64,000 bases of DNA, taken from the human T2T-CHM13v2.0 reference genome, Homo sapiens. Where the stretch lies: the NCBI RefSeq assembly GCF_009914755.1, contig NC_060929.1; one strand, given 5' to 3'. This document shows positions 44,861 to 61,411 of this stretch, piece after piece; position 1 is the first letter of the stretch; every line of letters starts with the position of its first letter. A program made the position numbers and the translations under genes. Under the pieces are notes generated by a model, which was given only the letters and a program-made list of their open reading frames with translations, searched no databases and was not told where the DNA came from.

Positions 44861-44888
44861 AAGCGCTCCTATTCATAAATTATGTTAG

Positions 44889-45269
44889 GGCTATGCGCTG
44901 AGTTATGCTCCCAACATTCATATGTTGAAGGCCTCACTCCCCTTATCTAATGATATTTGCACATGGGCCCTTTGGAAGATAATTAGGTTTCAATGAGGTG
45001 TTCAGAGTAAGGCCTCATGATGAGATTAGTGCCCTTAGAAACAGAGACATCAGAGAGTGAGCTCTCTTTCTCTCTCCCCGCTATCCCTCTTGTGAGGACA
45101 CAGCAAGAGGACAGCCATCTGCAAGACAAGTAGAACGTCCTCACCAGAACTTGACTATGTTGGCACCCTGATCTAAGACTTCCAGCCTCCAAAACTGAGA
45201 ACAAATAAATTTCTATTGTTTATGCCACTCAGTGATAGTTTTTGGTGGCAGCCTGAGCGGACTAATGCA
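44889..45269 (+). mobile_element. MLT1A/MSTD-like MaLR LTR
   Basis: attcatatgttgaaggcct...gtgaggacacagcaag...tggcaccctgatctaagacttccagcctccaaaactgaga...gcagcctgagcggactaatgca. Confidence 0.85.
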
Positions 45270-47379
45270 ATTAGAAAGAAAAAAATTCTCTGGAGGGTGG
45301 TAGAGAGCAGAAATACCCACTTACTGTGTTAGCTCGTCTAGCATTATGCAGAGTTCCAATTCCCAATGTGAGTTGGCTTGGCTTGAAAAAAAATTACTAT
45401 GAATTTGAATAAGATTCAGTTCCTGAACAGTACAGACAAAAGAACAGCTCTAAGCTCTGGCAGCTTGCTTTCCTCCTGTCAGTTTCTCTGTCTTATTCAT
45501 TTATGGTCTCTGAAAAAGGCCGAGGAAAAATGTAAAGAGAGCAGTTCCACAGGTTGTAGGATTAGTCAATTCTCCAAGGAGACTCAAACTCCATCTGCCG
45601 CTGTTTATTAGATCACTCTGTGCCATAAAAACCTATTGATGAGTGGTAGCCAATGATATGCCATTACAACAATAGAGATAATGCAATAGCCATGTCATAA
45701 AATGGTTACCCCTCATCACAGCTATGTTTCAATTGTTCCTCAATGCACTGAGCGCATTAAAGGGCTGTATTCCGCCCGCCAAACAATTCTGGTGCAGGAG
45801 CTCCTTGGAGGCACCTGCTGTGAGTGAAAGGTAATATTGTGACGATTATTACTGCTTGGAGAGCGATTGCACAGACACGTGCCAACTGCCTGTGCCAGTG
45901 CTGGACTATGTAACAGAGTGGATCTAAATTAAACTGAAAATGAAATCAGTTAACTTTAAATTGTTTAAGTTTTCCAACCAAGCAAAATTGCAAGTAGGGT
46001 GACTTACCCTGTTTAATTTTGTGACTATACTTTTGGGGACCAGCAGGAATGCGGCTGCATTGGGGCATATAGTGTCCACTTTTTCTTCTGAGGAGTGAAA
46101 AAGCCTGGAAAAAAAATATTCCATTTGTTTTCTGGATGCTTGTACCCATCCAGTCTTATTTCTCAATCCAGATCACCGAAGAAAGGCATCTTCCCCCCAC
46201 CATATTAAGTGAATTACACTGATTTCAAATAACTTTCCCAGCTGAGTCAAACCTGCAGCCCAGACTCACTGGCCAACTGATCCTAGCGCTGGGATAGCTC
46301 AGAAGCCAACAAGTAGCCCCCAGATCTCGGATTCTACCCCAACCTTTGTAGTCCTGGCACGATGTCCATACAACCTGAAGGAGTCCTAAAATCCAGAGCC
46401 CCAGAACCCCAAATGGGATCGCTACAGTCCTAAATCTGTGATTCTACCCTCATGCCACTCTGTTTCTATTCTCTCCAATACCATCTGCTAGGGAACCCAC
46501 TGAGAGGGAATGTGCCCTTTTCTAATGCTGCTCGGTTCTAAAGGAGCTACAGTGAGAAAGTTGCTGAGGTTTTCCCAAATACTAGTTAAAAAAAAAAAAA
46601 GAAAAAGATGAGGTTTGGATTAGAGGACAGAATGTCAGAATGTTTGTAACAAATATCCATGTGCCCTTCACATTCCCCAGCCTCCCTGAGGGTGAGATCT
46701 GGGCCATGTGACTAGTTCTGCAAATAGGATACGGACAGAAGGAGCAGAGACACTTCCAGATCTGGCCTCTCAAGACACCCCATCCTCCAAACCTTCCCCT
46801 GCCTTCCCACCTGGAGACAACTGGCCCAACTGTGTAACTACAAAATGGTGGAAGCTGTCAGATCTGTATCAGACCAGAATTTGAGGAAGAAATATAGATA
46901 TCTTTGTTGTATGAAACCACCGAGACTTCAGGAGTCTGTGTTTTGTTGCTGCCTGCACTGATAATCCTGAATATAGACTGTCTTCTGGCTACATCACTGA
47001 ATTCGTATTCAGGTACTGTATCTTGCAGTTTGGCCAATCTGGTCCATGATTTTGAAGTCCTGGAAGCAACCATCTTTACTATATCCAAGAAGTAGTATTC
47101 TCAAAGTTGGTATTAATGGGAGAGAAAACTCCATTAAATGCTTAGTTAAATGCATTATGCATTACTGACTATATGTCCAAAGCAGTGAGCTGAAAATTGG
47201 GGTAAACACCAGAAAAGTACAAATCATATTCAAGGAAGTGACCTGAGAGGCAAGGAGCATTTCCAGATAAAGCAGTTAAATAACAATGGTTCTCATAAAG
47301 AAATGCAGAATATGGGAAGACCAGTGTGGGTTGGATGTACCTAATGATTCTTCAGGTGTAGAGGGCCTTGGAGGTCAGG

Positions 47380-48066
47380 TGTCATGGGCTGAATTGTGCT
47401 CTCCTCCCCCAAATTCATCTGTTGAAGCCCTAACCTTTGGCATCTCAGACTGTGACTGAATTTGGAGATAGGGAATTTAAAGGGGTAGTTAGTTAAAATG
47501 AGGTCATTAGGGTGAGCTCTAATTGATATGACTAGCGTCCTAATAAAAAGAGGAAATTAGGACATAAACACACACAATGGAAAATCATTCAAAAACACAG
47601 GGAGAAGATGGCCACCAACAAGCTAAAGAGGCTGGGCCTGGTGGCTCACGCCTGTAATCCCAGCACTTTGGGAGGCTGAGGTGGGCGGACCGCTTGAGCC
47701 CAGGAGTTCAAGACCAGACTGGTCAACTGGCAAAACCTGATCTCTACCAAAAATACAAAACAAAATTAGCTGGCCATGGTGGCTTGTGCCTGTTGTCCTA
47801 GCTACTCAGGAGGCTGAGGAGGAAGGATTGCTTGAGGCCAAGAGGCAAAGATTGCAGTAAGCAGAGATCACATCACTGCACTCCAGCATGGGCAACAGAG
47901 TAAGACCCTGTTTCAAAAAAAAAGAAAGAAAGAAAAAGAAACCTACCCTGCTGATACCTCAATCTCAAACTTTTAGTATTCAGAACTGTGAGAAAATAAA
48001 TTCCTGTTGTTTACGACCCCCCAGCCTGTGATACTCTGCTGTGTGGTAGCACTCGCAAACTCACGC
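47380..48066 (+). mobile_element. MLT1B-like LTR interrupted by an AluJ (47630-47941)
   Basis: tgtcatgggctgaattgtg...aaattcatctgttgaagccctaacc; resumes after the Alu with cctgctgatacctcaatctcaaactttt...cagaactgtgagaaaataaa. Confidence 0.85.
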
Positions 48067-49039
48067 AGGCACAAGTTTCTCCAGAGAAAGAATGGGACAG
48101 TAGTTTACGCAGTATTATTTCACTGAACTAAAGCACAGTGGGGAGAATAAACATCATAAATTTGGAAGAAAGTAGGGAGAATATCTTCCCTGAAGATATT
48201 GAGAATTATAATTGGAAGGATAACTTGGAGTAATATTTGTGAGGGTCTTTATTCCCTGATTGAGAAATTTTGATATTATTCTACAAGTGATTTGAAGACT
48301 GCAGTACATAACAGTTTAAGAATATGACTTCAAAATCTCCAGGGTGGCGTCCAAACATTAGTATTTTTAACAAGCTTCCAGGTGATTCTGAGAGACCATC
48401 AGTAAATTTGAGAACCATGGGTATAAGCAGTTGGGAATTCCTAAAAGGATTGCATAGGCATTTTGCTGTATGGGTGATAGATAAAGAGGCAGGGGGCATG
48501 CAGATATTCCACAGCAGAGCACTCCTTTACCTCTGATCTAGTCCTACCCAGAATAATGGAAGCCTGTAACTAATGGGACTCAAAATATTAAATCCAGTGC
48601 CTCCTGGCATGTAAAAGTTCACCTCCACTTAGTTAACATTCATTCTTATTTCAAATAGCAAGCTTGTTTTTCTTTCTAAATTGTTTTATTGTTTTTAAAT
48701 GTATATACAAAAAGTACCCCAAAATAAATAAATAATACTTGAATTATCACTATCTTGTCATAAGCATTTGGTTGAACATTCCTTCTGTGATCTATCTGTG
48801 CATCTACTTGTATTGTATAAGCATACAGTTCACATAAATGTTACGATGCTAATTGTGCTCTCTTAATCTATAATCCACTTCTCCACTCAAAAGTAGATTG
48901 CAAAAATACCTCCAAATCTTTATTTTATATCTTCATCAAAATATTCCATTGTTTAGATGTTTTCTAATTATTTAGCCAGACCTCAACTAATAAACACATA
49001 AATCACTCTGCATTTTTGACCCTTAAAAACAACACTGAC

Positions 49040-49233
49040 TTGGGGTCACAGGGGAGAAGAGTGATAGCTAACATGTACAGGGTTTCTTTTTGAGGTGGTG
49101 AAATGTTCTAAAACTGACTATGGTGATGGTTGCACATATCTGTGAAAATACTACAAACCACTGAATTATATACTTGATATGGGTAAACTGTATGGCATGT
49201 GAATTATATCTCAATAAAGCTGTTTATAAAAAA
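49040..49233 (+). mobile_element. L1MB 3' end
   Basis: gtacagggtttctttttgaggtggtgaaatgttctaaaa...gtgaattatatctcaataaagctgtt. Confidence 0.85.
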
Positions 49234-49240
49234 GACATCC

Positions 49241-50640
49241 CTTGCCCTCTCTCACCACTCCAATTCAACATAGTATTGGAAGTTCTGGACAGACCAATCA
49301 GGCAAGAGAAAGAAATAAATGGTATTCAAATAAAAAGAAAGGAAGTCAAATTATCTTTATTTGCAGATGACATGATCCTATATATAGAAAACCCCATTGT
49401 CTCATCCCAAATGCTTCTTAAGCTGTAAGCAACTTCAGCCAATCCCCAGGATTCAAAATCAATGTGCAAAAAACTGCTAGCACTCCTATACACCAACAGG
49501 CAAGCAGAGAGCCAAATCATGAATTAACTGCTATTCACAATTGCTACAAAAAGAATAAAACACCTAGGAATACAGCTAACAGGAGAAGTGAAGGACCTCT
49601 TCAAGGAGAACTATAAACCACTCCTCAAAGAAATCAGAGAGGACACCAACAAATGGAAAAACATCCCATACTTATGGACAGAAAGAATCAATATCATGAA
49701 AATGGCCATACTGCCCAAAGTAATTTATAGATTCAATGCTATTCCCATTAAAGTACCATTGACATTCTTCACAGAATTGGAAAAAACTACTTTAAAATTC
49801 ATATGGAATGGAAAGAGAGCCCAAATATCCAAGACAATCCGAAGCAAAAAGAACAAAGCTGAAAGCATCATGCTACCTGACTTCAAACTACACTACAAGG
49901 CTACAGTAATCAAAACTTCATGGTATTGGTACAAGAACAGACACATAGACCAATGGAACAGAATAGAGAACTCAGAAATAAGACCACATACCTACAACCA
50001 TCTGATCTTCAACAAACCTGACAAAAACAAGCAATGGGGAAAGGATTCCCTGTTTAATAAATGGTGCTGGGAGAACTGGCTGCCATATGTAGAAAACTGA
50101 AACTGGACCCGTTCCTTACACCTTATACAAAAATTTACTCAAAGTGAATTAAAGTTTTAAAAGTAAAACCGAAAACTATAAAAACCCTAGAAGAAAATCT
50201 AAGCAATACTATTCAGGACATAGGCATGGGCAAAGGTTTCATTATGAAGATGCCAAAAGCAATTGCAATGAAAGCCAAAATTGAGAAATGATATCTAATT
50301 AAATTAAAGAGCTCCTGCAAAGCAAAAGAAACTGTCATGAGAGTGAACAGACAACCTACAGAATGCGAGAAAATTTTTGCAATCTACCCATCTGACAAAG
50401 GTCTAATATCCAGAGTCTACAGGGAACTTAAACAAATTTACAAAAACAAAATACAAACAACCCCATTAAAAAGTGGGCAAAGGACATGAATGGACACTTC
50501 TCAAAAGAAGACATACATGTGGCCACAAACTTATGAAAAAAGCTGAACATCACTGATCATTAGAGAAATGCAAATCAAAACCACAATGGGATACCGTCTC
50601 ACATCAGTCAGAATGGCTATTACTAAAAAGTCAAAAAACT
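49241..50640 (+). pseudogene. Disrupted L1 ORF2 (reverse transcriptase and C-terminal part)
   Basis: ORF 49174-49428 contains [16 protein letters not shown] (RT catalytic FADD motif). ORF 49588-50100 reads [26 protein letters not shown]...[16 protein letters not shown]. Broken by stops and frameshifts. Confidence 0.93.
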
Positions 50641-51238
50641 GGCTGTGCGCAGTGGCTCACGACTGTAATCCCAGCACTTTGGGAGGCCAAGGTGGGTAGA
50701 TCACCTAAGGTGAAGAGTTCGAGATCAGCCTGGCCAACGTAGTGAAACCCTGTCTCTACTAATAATACAAAAATTAGCTGGGCGTGGTGGCCAATGCCTG
50801 TAATCCCAGCTATTCAGGAGGCTGAGGCAGGAGAATCACTTGAACCCACGGGCAGAGGGTGCAGTGATCTAAGATCGCGCCATTGCACTCCAGCGTGCAA
50901 TGGGCGACAAGAGTGATACTGCATCTCAAAAAAAAAAAAAGTCAAAAAACAACAGATGCTGGCAAGGTTACAGAGAAAACACTTTTACACTGTTGATGAG
51001 AGTGTAAATTTAACCACTGTGGAAGACAGTGTGGTGATTCCTCAAAGTTCTAGAGGCAGAAATACCATTTAACACAGCAATACCATTGAATTGCTAATGG
51101 ATGCTGGGCTTAATACCGAGGTGATGGGATGATCTGTGCAGCAAACTACCATGGCACACATTTACCTATGAAACAAACCTCCACATTCTGCACATGTATC
51201 CCTGAGCTTAAAATAAAAGGTGAAGATTAAAAAAAAAA
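49241..51238 (+). mobile_element. 5'-truncated L1PA (about PA11-13), internally deleted, containing an AluS (50641-50940)
   Basis: TSD aaaaagacatcc ending at 49240 and 51245; polyA end; Alu TSD aaaaagtcaaaaaac. Confidence 0.92.
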
Positions 51239-51318
51239 GACATCCTCACAACTACATCTATTCACCCTCTGCAGTTATTATCCTAATGGCAAATTCTGAA
51301 ATATGTACCCATTAAGAT

Positions 51319-51388
51319 GATTAATAATTATTAATCGATTAATAATTATTAATCGATTAATAATTAGTTATTAATGGATTAATTAATA
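51319..51388. repeat. Tandem repeat of palindromic 18-mer GATTAATAATTATTAATC
   Basis: Perfect copies at 51319-51336 and 51337-51354, a third copy with an insertion, and a partial fourth. Confidence 0.95.
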
Positions 51389-51443
51389 CTCCAGGCAATT
51401 TCATTTTACAGATGAATACATGCTTTTAAAAAAATACACCTGA

Positions 51444-51858
51444 GGCCAGGCACAGTGGCTTATGATTATAATCCCAACATGGGAGGACAAGGTGGGAGAA
51501 TCACTTGAGCCCAGGAGTTCAATACCAGCCTGGGCAACATAGGGAAAGCCTGTCTCTACAAAACAATTTTAAAAAATTAGCCAGGTGTGGTGACGTGCAC
51601 CTGCTTTGGAGGCCAAGGTAGTAGGATGGCTTGAGCCCAGAAGTTTGAGACTAGCCTGGGCAACATAATGGGACCCTATCTCTACAAAAACTAAAAATAT
51701 TAGCCAGGCATGGTGGTGCACCTGTGATTCTGCTACTCAGGAGGCTGAGGTGGGAGGATCACCTGAACTTGGGATGTCAAGGCTGCAGTGAGCTATGATC
51801 ATGCCACTGCACTCCAGCCTGGGTGACAGAGTAAGACCCTGCTCTGGAAAAAAAAAAA
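51444..51858 (+). mobile_element. Trimeric AluJ (left-left-right)
   Basis: Two left monomers, each ending tctctacaaaa, then a right monomer; flanked by atacacctga/atacacccga. Confidence 0.8.
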
Positions 51859-52188
51859 TTATACACCCGAAATACACTAATATGAGAATATGTATTTCCC
51901 CTCATAATTACCAACACTAGGTTTTGATGACCTTTTTTTCATTTTGAAAATCTAAGTTGTAAAAGAAAATGTTTTGTTATTTTAAAAATTTGATTCGTAT
52001 CTTTCCTTGTATTGGTTATCTATATTTCTTCTTTGTGTATTACCTACTTATTTATTTACTTTGCCTATTTTCTTTAAAAAAATTTACAATTGCTTTCTAA
52101 GATTCCTTTGAATTTTAGAGAAATTTTCCCATGTCTTTGAACCAATAAGGATGTGATATTTTTCAGGAATATCTCTGTAAAACTAATA

Positions 52189-52634
52189 CAGTTGACCCTT
52201 GAACAACAGACTTGTAATGCATGGATCCACTTATACACGGATTTTCTTCAGTCTCTGCCACCCCTGAAACAGCAAGACTAAGCTCTCCTATTCCTCCTCC
52301 TCCTCAACCTACCCAATGTGAAGACAACAAGGATGAAGACCTTTATGATGCTCCACTTCCACTTAATGAACACTAAGTGTATTTTCTTGTTCTTATGATT
52401 TTCTTAATAACATTTTCTTTTCTCTAGCTTATTTTATTGTAATAATACAGAATATAATACATACATGTACGAAATGTGTGTTAATCAATTGTTCATTTAT
52501 TGGTAAGGCTGCTGTTCAACAATAGGCTATTAGTAAAGTTTGTGGTTTGTGGGGAGTCAAAAGTTATACCTTGGTTTTTTTGACTGTATAGGTGGTCAGT
52601 GGCCCTAACCCCCATCTTATTCAAGGGTCAACTG
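52189..52634. mobile_element. Tigger2a (MER28) MITE
   Basis: TIRs cagttgacccttgaa / ttcaagggtcaactg; TA on the left, CA on the right. Confidence 0.9.
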
Positions 52635-52749
52635 CAGTTACAAAAAGTAGCAATGTTTCATCAAATCTAAAAACTTTCATGATTTTTAAAATGCACTCAT
52701 ATTTTTATAGTACAAAAAGAAAAAAACTGCTAAGATATAAAAATTGCTA

Positions 52750-54450
<1,701 letters not shown>

Positions 54451-54615
54451 TGAAAATATTCGTTTAGGTAATTTCATCATTGTGTGAACATCGTAGAGTG
54501 TACTTAGACCTAGATGATACAGCCTATTACACACCAAAGCTGTATGGTGTAATATATTCTGTTGCTCCCAGGCTAGAAACCTGTACATCATGTTACCATG
54601 TTGAATACTGTAGGC

Positions 54616-54970
54616 CAGGGGTCCCTAGTCCCTGGGTTGTGGACCGGTAGAGTTTGCGGTCTGTTAGGAACCAGGCCGCACAGCAGGAGGTGAGTGAGGG
54701 ACCAGAAAGCATTACCGCCTGAGTTCTGCCTCCTGTCAGATCAGCTGCTGCATTAGATTCTCATAGCAGCACGAATACAGTTGTGAATTGTGCATATGAG
54801 GGATCTAGGTTGTGAGCTCCTTAGAAGAATCTAAAGCCCGATGATCTGAGATAGAACAGTTCCATCCTGAAACTGTCCTCCCCATCCCAGCCCTCCCCTG
54901 TCGCCCTCATCCATGGTAAAATTGTCTTCCTCAAAAGGGTCCCTGGTGCCGAAAAGGCTGGGGACCACTG
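54616..54970. mobile_element. MER1B hAT element
   Basis: Termini caggggtccc / gggaccactg; 8-bp TSD ctgtaggc/ctataggc. Confidence 0.92.
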
Positions 54971-55664
54971 CTATAGGCAATCATAACACAATGGTATTTG
55001 TGTATCTAAACATATGTAAACATAGAAAATGTATAATGAAACATGGAATAAAAGATTCTTTTTTTTTTAAAGGAACACTTATATAGGGCACTCATCATGA
55101 ATGGAGCTTGCAGTTCTGGAAGTCGCTCTTGGGTGAGTCATTGAGTGAGTGGTGAGTGAATGTGAAGGCCTAGGACATTACTGTACACTATTGCAGATTA
55201 TAACCACTGTACACTTATACTACACTAAATTTATTTTAAAAGTTTTTCTTTCTTTAATAATAAGTTAGCTTACTGTAACTTTTTTACTTCATAAACTTTT
55301 TAGTTTTTTAAACTTTTTGACTCTTTTGTAATAACATTTAGCTTAAAATGAGAACATTCAGCTTAAATTTAAAAAAAAATTTTTAATTAAAAAATTTTAA
55401 ATTAAAAAATTGTTTTTATCTTTATATCCTTATCTGTGGCTACTTTCTGGTAATTTCTTTTTTTTTTTTTACTTTTTAAACTTTTTTGTTAAAAACGAAG
55501 ACGCAAACACACACATTGGTCTAGATGTACACAGAGTCAGGAATACCAATATCACTGTCCTCTACCTCCACATCTTGTCCAGTGAAGACATTGGAATGTC
55601 TTCAGGGGCAGTAACACTCATGGACCTGTCATGTCCTGCGATAACAATGTCTTCTTCTGGAATG

Positions 55665-57776
<2,112 letters not shown>

Positions 57777-59019
57777 TACCATCTGAAGGACCTACCTGAG
57801 GCTGTTTTGTAGATTATTTTTTTGTAAGTAAGATTACACTCTAAAATAATGATTTAACATACATTATAGTAAATGCATCAACAGGTAGCATAATCATTCA
57901 TTACCATTATCAAGTATTATGTACTATACAAAATCATATGTGCTATACTTTTATATAACTGGCCGCACAGGTTTGTTTACACAAGCATCACCACAAATAC
58001 ATGAGTAATGAATGCAGTGTGCTATGACATTATGACGGCTATGATGGCATGGCACTAGGCAAGAGTAATGTTTCAGCTCCATTTTAATCTTATGGAAGTA
58101 TATGTGTTCCATTGTTGACCAAGATGTCATGATGCAGTGCATGACTATATATTATCTGTAGAAATGAGATTATTTGGAGTCAATTAAGGCTACTATACCA
58201 TTACGTTTTTTAGAACTGTAGAAATCTAAATTAATATTTCTACAGGACTTTTTCACAGACATTTTCTCATAATAACCCAATTCTTTTAAAGAAAATAAGA
58301 AGTGGCTTGTTTTCATCACCACTAATCTATAAAACAAAGAAATAAATAAAAATACGGTTGGTTTATACTTCAGATATATATCTTTGGTGATTTTCATAGA
58401 ATCAAAAAAAAAATGAGGCCTCAAAAGCCATCATTTTAACATTAATTTTCCCAAATTAAGCTCACTTAATAATTTTTGAAATTGTGTTTATTTTCAGTTG
58501 AGTGGAGTATATTCAGTAAATCAATTTGCAATGCATTTGTTGCATCTACATCTCTCTTGCTGGTATTTCTCCTCTCACAGAATGGTTAGCACAGAAGAGA
58601 CTTCCTCCACGGGACCCTGGCTTAGAAATGGTTGCATTTCAGAGCCAAAGTAGTATAAGCTGCCAAAATGATTCTGAGCAATGGAAAAAGAGTCCTCATG
58701 TATCCCTCACAGCTCATTAAAGAGTTTGCCCCACCATTATCCCCAGGCTTTTCCATCTTCAATGTCTTCCCCTTAATTGCACCCATTTCTAATCTTGATG
58801 CACATTTTCAAATGTTTCTTCTTCTCGAGAGACTTTTTCCTCCATCCTGCATTTTTTGCAGTCTCTAGCCATTTTGGAAAATTTCTTGAAAGAAGACATT
58901 TCCACATCTGTGCCTTCTTCTCATTCACCATAATCTGGCCTCCACTCCCACTCTTCTACTAGACTTTTCCAAAAGGTCTCCAAGGACTTCTATAGGAGCA
59001 AGTATAGAAGCCTCTTCTG

Positions 59020-59326
59020 GGCCAGGCGCAGTGGCTCACATCTGTAATCTCAACACTCTGGGAGGCCGAGGCAGGTGGATCACCTGAGGTCAGGAGTTCG
59101 AGGCCAGCCTGGCCAAAATGGTGAAACCCTGTCTCTACTAAAAACACAAAAATTAGCTGGCTATGGTGGCGCACACCTGTAATCCTAGCTACTTAGGAGG
59201 CTGAGGCAGGAGAATCACTTGAACCCAGGAGGCAGAGGTTGCGGTGAGCCAAGATCACACCACTGCACTCCAGCCTGGGTGACAGAGTGAGACTCCATGT
59301 CAAAAAAAAAAAAAAAAAAAAAAAAA
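59020..59326 (+). mobile_element. AluSx/Sz
   Basis: Full dimer with polyA. Confidence 0.95.
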
Positions 59327-59677
59327 CTGCTCCATGGCAGTGTTTCAAGTGCCTGCTGTGACTGTGCTGTTCTGGACGCCAAGCCTTGCTTTGGTGTTGT
59401 TTTCCTCCTACTTTTGTCTCTCCTTTCATTTGATTGGCTGCCAAAATGTAAGAGGCCTCTAAGCTTCCTCACTTAGCACTCCTTTTACCCCGGCTAATCT
59501 CTCTTGCTTTCATTCAGACCTGTACTGAGACTGCTATACACTGATAGTACTCCACAATTTATCCTCCCTTTTTTTGGTCTGTAAGAGTCTGAGCATTTTA
59601 TTTTTTCCAAATGAAAGCTCAACATTTCCACTCAGATGTGCCTCAGTCACCTCAGAATCAGCATTTCAAAAACCAAA

Positions 59678-59851
59678 CTTTTCTTTCTTTTTATTGTAGA
59701 GACAGGGTCTTGCTCTGTCTTCACCCAGGCTAGAGTGCAGTGGCATGATCATAGCTCATGGCAGCCTTTAAACTCCTGGGCTCAAGCAATCCTTCCGCCC
59801 CAGCCTCCAGAGCAGCTGGGACCATAGGTGTACACCACCATGCTCAGCTAG
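59678..59851 (-). mobile_element. Alu right monomer (AluJ/FRAM) within degraded L2
   Basis: gagacagggtcttgctctgt...caccaccatgctcagcta. Confidence 0.85.
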
Positions 59852-60915
59852 CAACCTTTTCTTTCTTCTGCAAATTTTTCTTCTGCCTATGTCTTGGGCC
59901 CTTTTTGGGTGAGTAACATCATCATCTCCCTACTCACACAAAATAAAGAACTGAAGTAAGCTCTGATGTTTGTTCCCACCTAAGCCCCCTCTTTAAATTG
60001 CTTAGTCTGTTTGTGAATTCATCCTGTCTTCTCCCTTTCCTCTGACTCTGCCCTTGCTCAGACTATCATCATCAATGTTCTGGACAATACTGGTAGCTCT
60101 GAACATGTCCCCTCACTTCCAATCTTTCCTAATACAGCACATCCTGATCCATACACAATGAGACTTTTATCTCTTAGCAATGATAAGATAGAATTCCTTG
60201 GAAAACATCACAAAACACTTTTGGTAGAAAAAAACCAAACACTGCTATGTTAAGAGACTACATAAACCCTAATCTGTATTCTGCATGATTTTTCACCGGA
60301 GGAATATTTCTGAAGTAAAAATATGTTCCATTACTCCCCTGCTAAAAACTCCAGAATAGCACTTCGCTGTCTTCAGAATCAAGATAGGAAGAAAAAGGGT
60401 CTGATTTTCCACTCCTACATTACTCCATCTATGCTAATTTGTGTTGAATTTCCAGACATATCTATGCTCTGTAATAACTCGGGGCTTGGGACCTTCAGTT
60501 TTTTCTGCCCAGAATGCCCACTTCCCATCCTGTCAGCTGTCTATTCATCCTTCATTATCCAGTTCCTTTTTACCTCTCAAGACTCAGTATCTCACCCTTC
60601 TCCTCAATGCTGACTCACTCAAACTAAGTCCGCATTGAACTCCCTCCTAAACTTCTTTTAATCTTTTGAAATTGCTCTTTCTTGCCTGCCGAGCCTTTGT
60701 ACACACATTTCTCTCTGCCTCGAACACTCCCTCCTGCTTAGCCTGCCTGACACTTACCTAATCTTCAAAATTCACTTCAAATGTCATTTCCTCTGTCTCT
60801 GACTCCTCAAGCTGTCCTATGTACTGGGACCAGAGTATGCTTGATCACTTTCAAAGCACTGTACTGTATGGTGGTTTTTCTAACTCTATTTTCCTATTTG
60901 ATTTTGAGTGTGGCA

Positions 60916-61272
60916 TGTTAATTAGGGCAATGCTACTTATTGCAGGAGACAAACTCCTACATCTGAGTAGCTTAATATAATGGAGGTTTCTTTCTTTCCC
61001 ATTGAAAGTCCAAACAGATGTTCCTAATTGTCAGGTGGCTCTACTCCAAGCATGAGTCAGGGTCCTAAATTCCATCCTGTGGCTCGGCCAGTTTCAATAC
61101 ATGTTCACTTTGAAAAAGAAGTTTTATGGGCCAAGCCTGCTGGTGCCTCACATGACCACTGCCCATAAGTCACATGGCCACACCCAATTATAAGAGGGAC
61201 TGGAAAAAGTAGTTAAGCTGTCCACCTAGGAAGAAGAGGAAATGCTGTGATGTACAGACATCTAGTCTTTGC
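60916..61272 (-). mobile_element. Old MaLR/ERVL LTR (MLT1J/K or LTR33-like); a similar relic lies at about 27490-27860
   Basis: agtagcttaatataatggaggtttctttct...aagtcacatggccacacccaa...ctggaaaaagtagtt. Confidence 0.5.
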
Positions 61273-61411
61273 TGGAGCTAGGCTCTGCTTTTTCTCTCTC
61301 TATCGCCAGTACCTGTCATGGACCTGACCCATATTTGTTGAACAAATGAGTGAATGAAAAGCATAAAAGATTCATAAAAGATCTTATATTTTAACTTAGC
61401 ACTTCCAGTAG

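Noticed and set aside
49588-50100. 170-aa ORF, the longest in the window
   Set aside because: Fragment of a 5'-truncated, disrupted L1 ORF2; no promoter or endonuclease domain.
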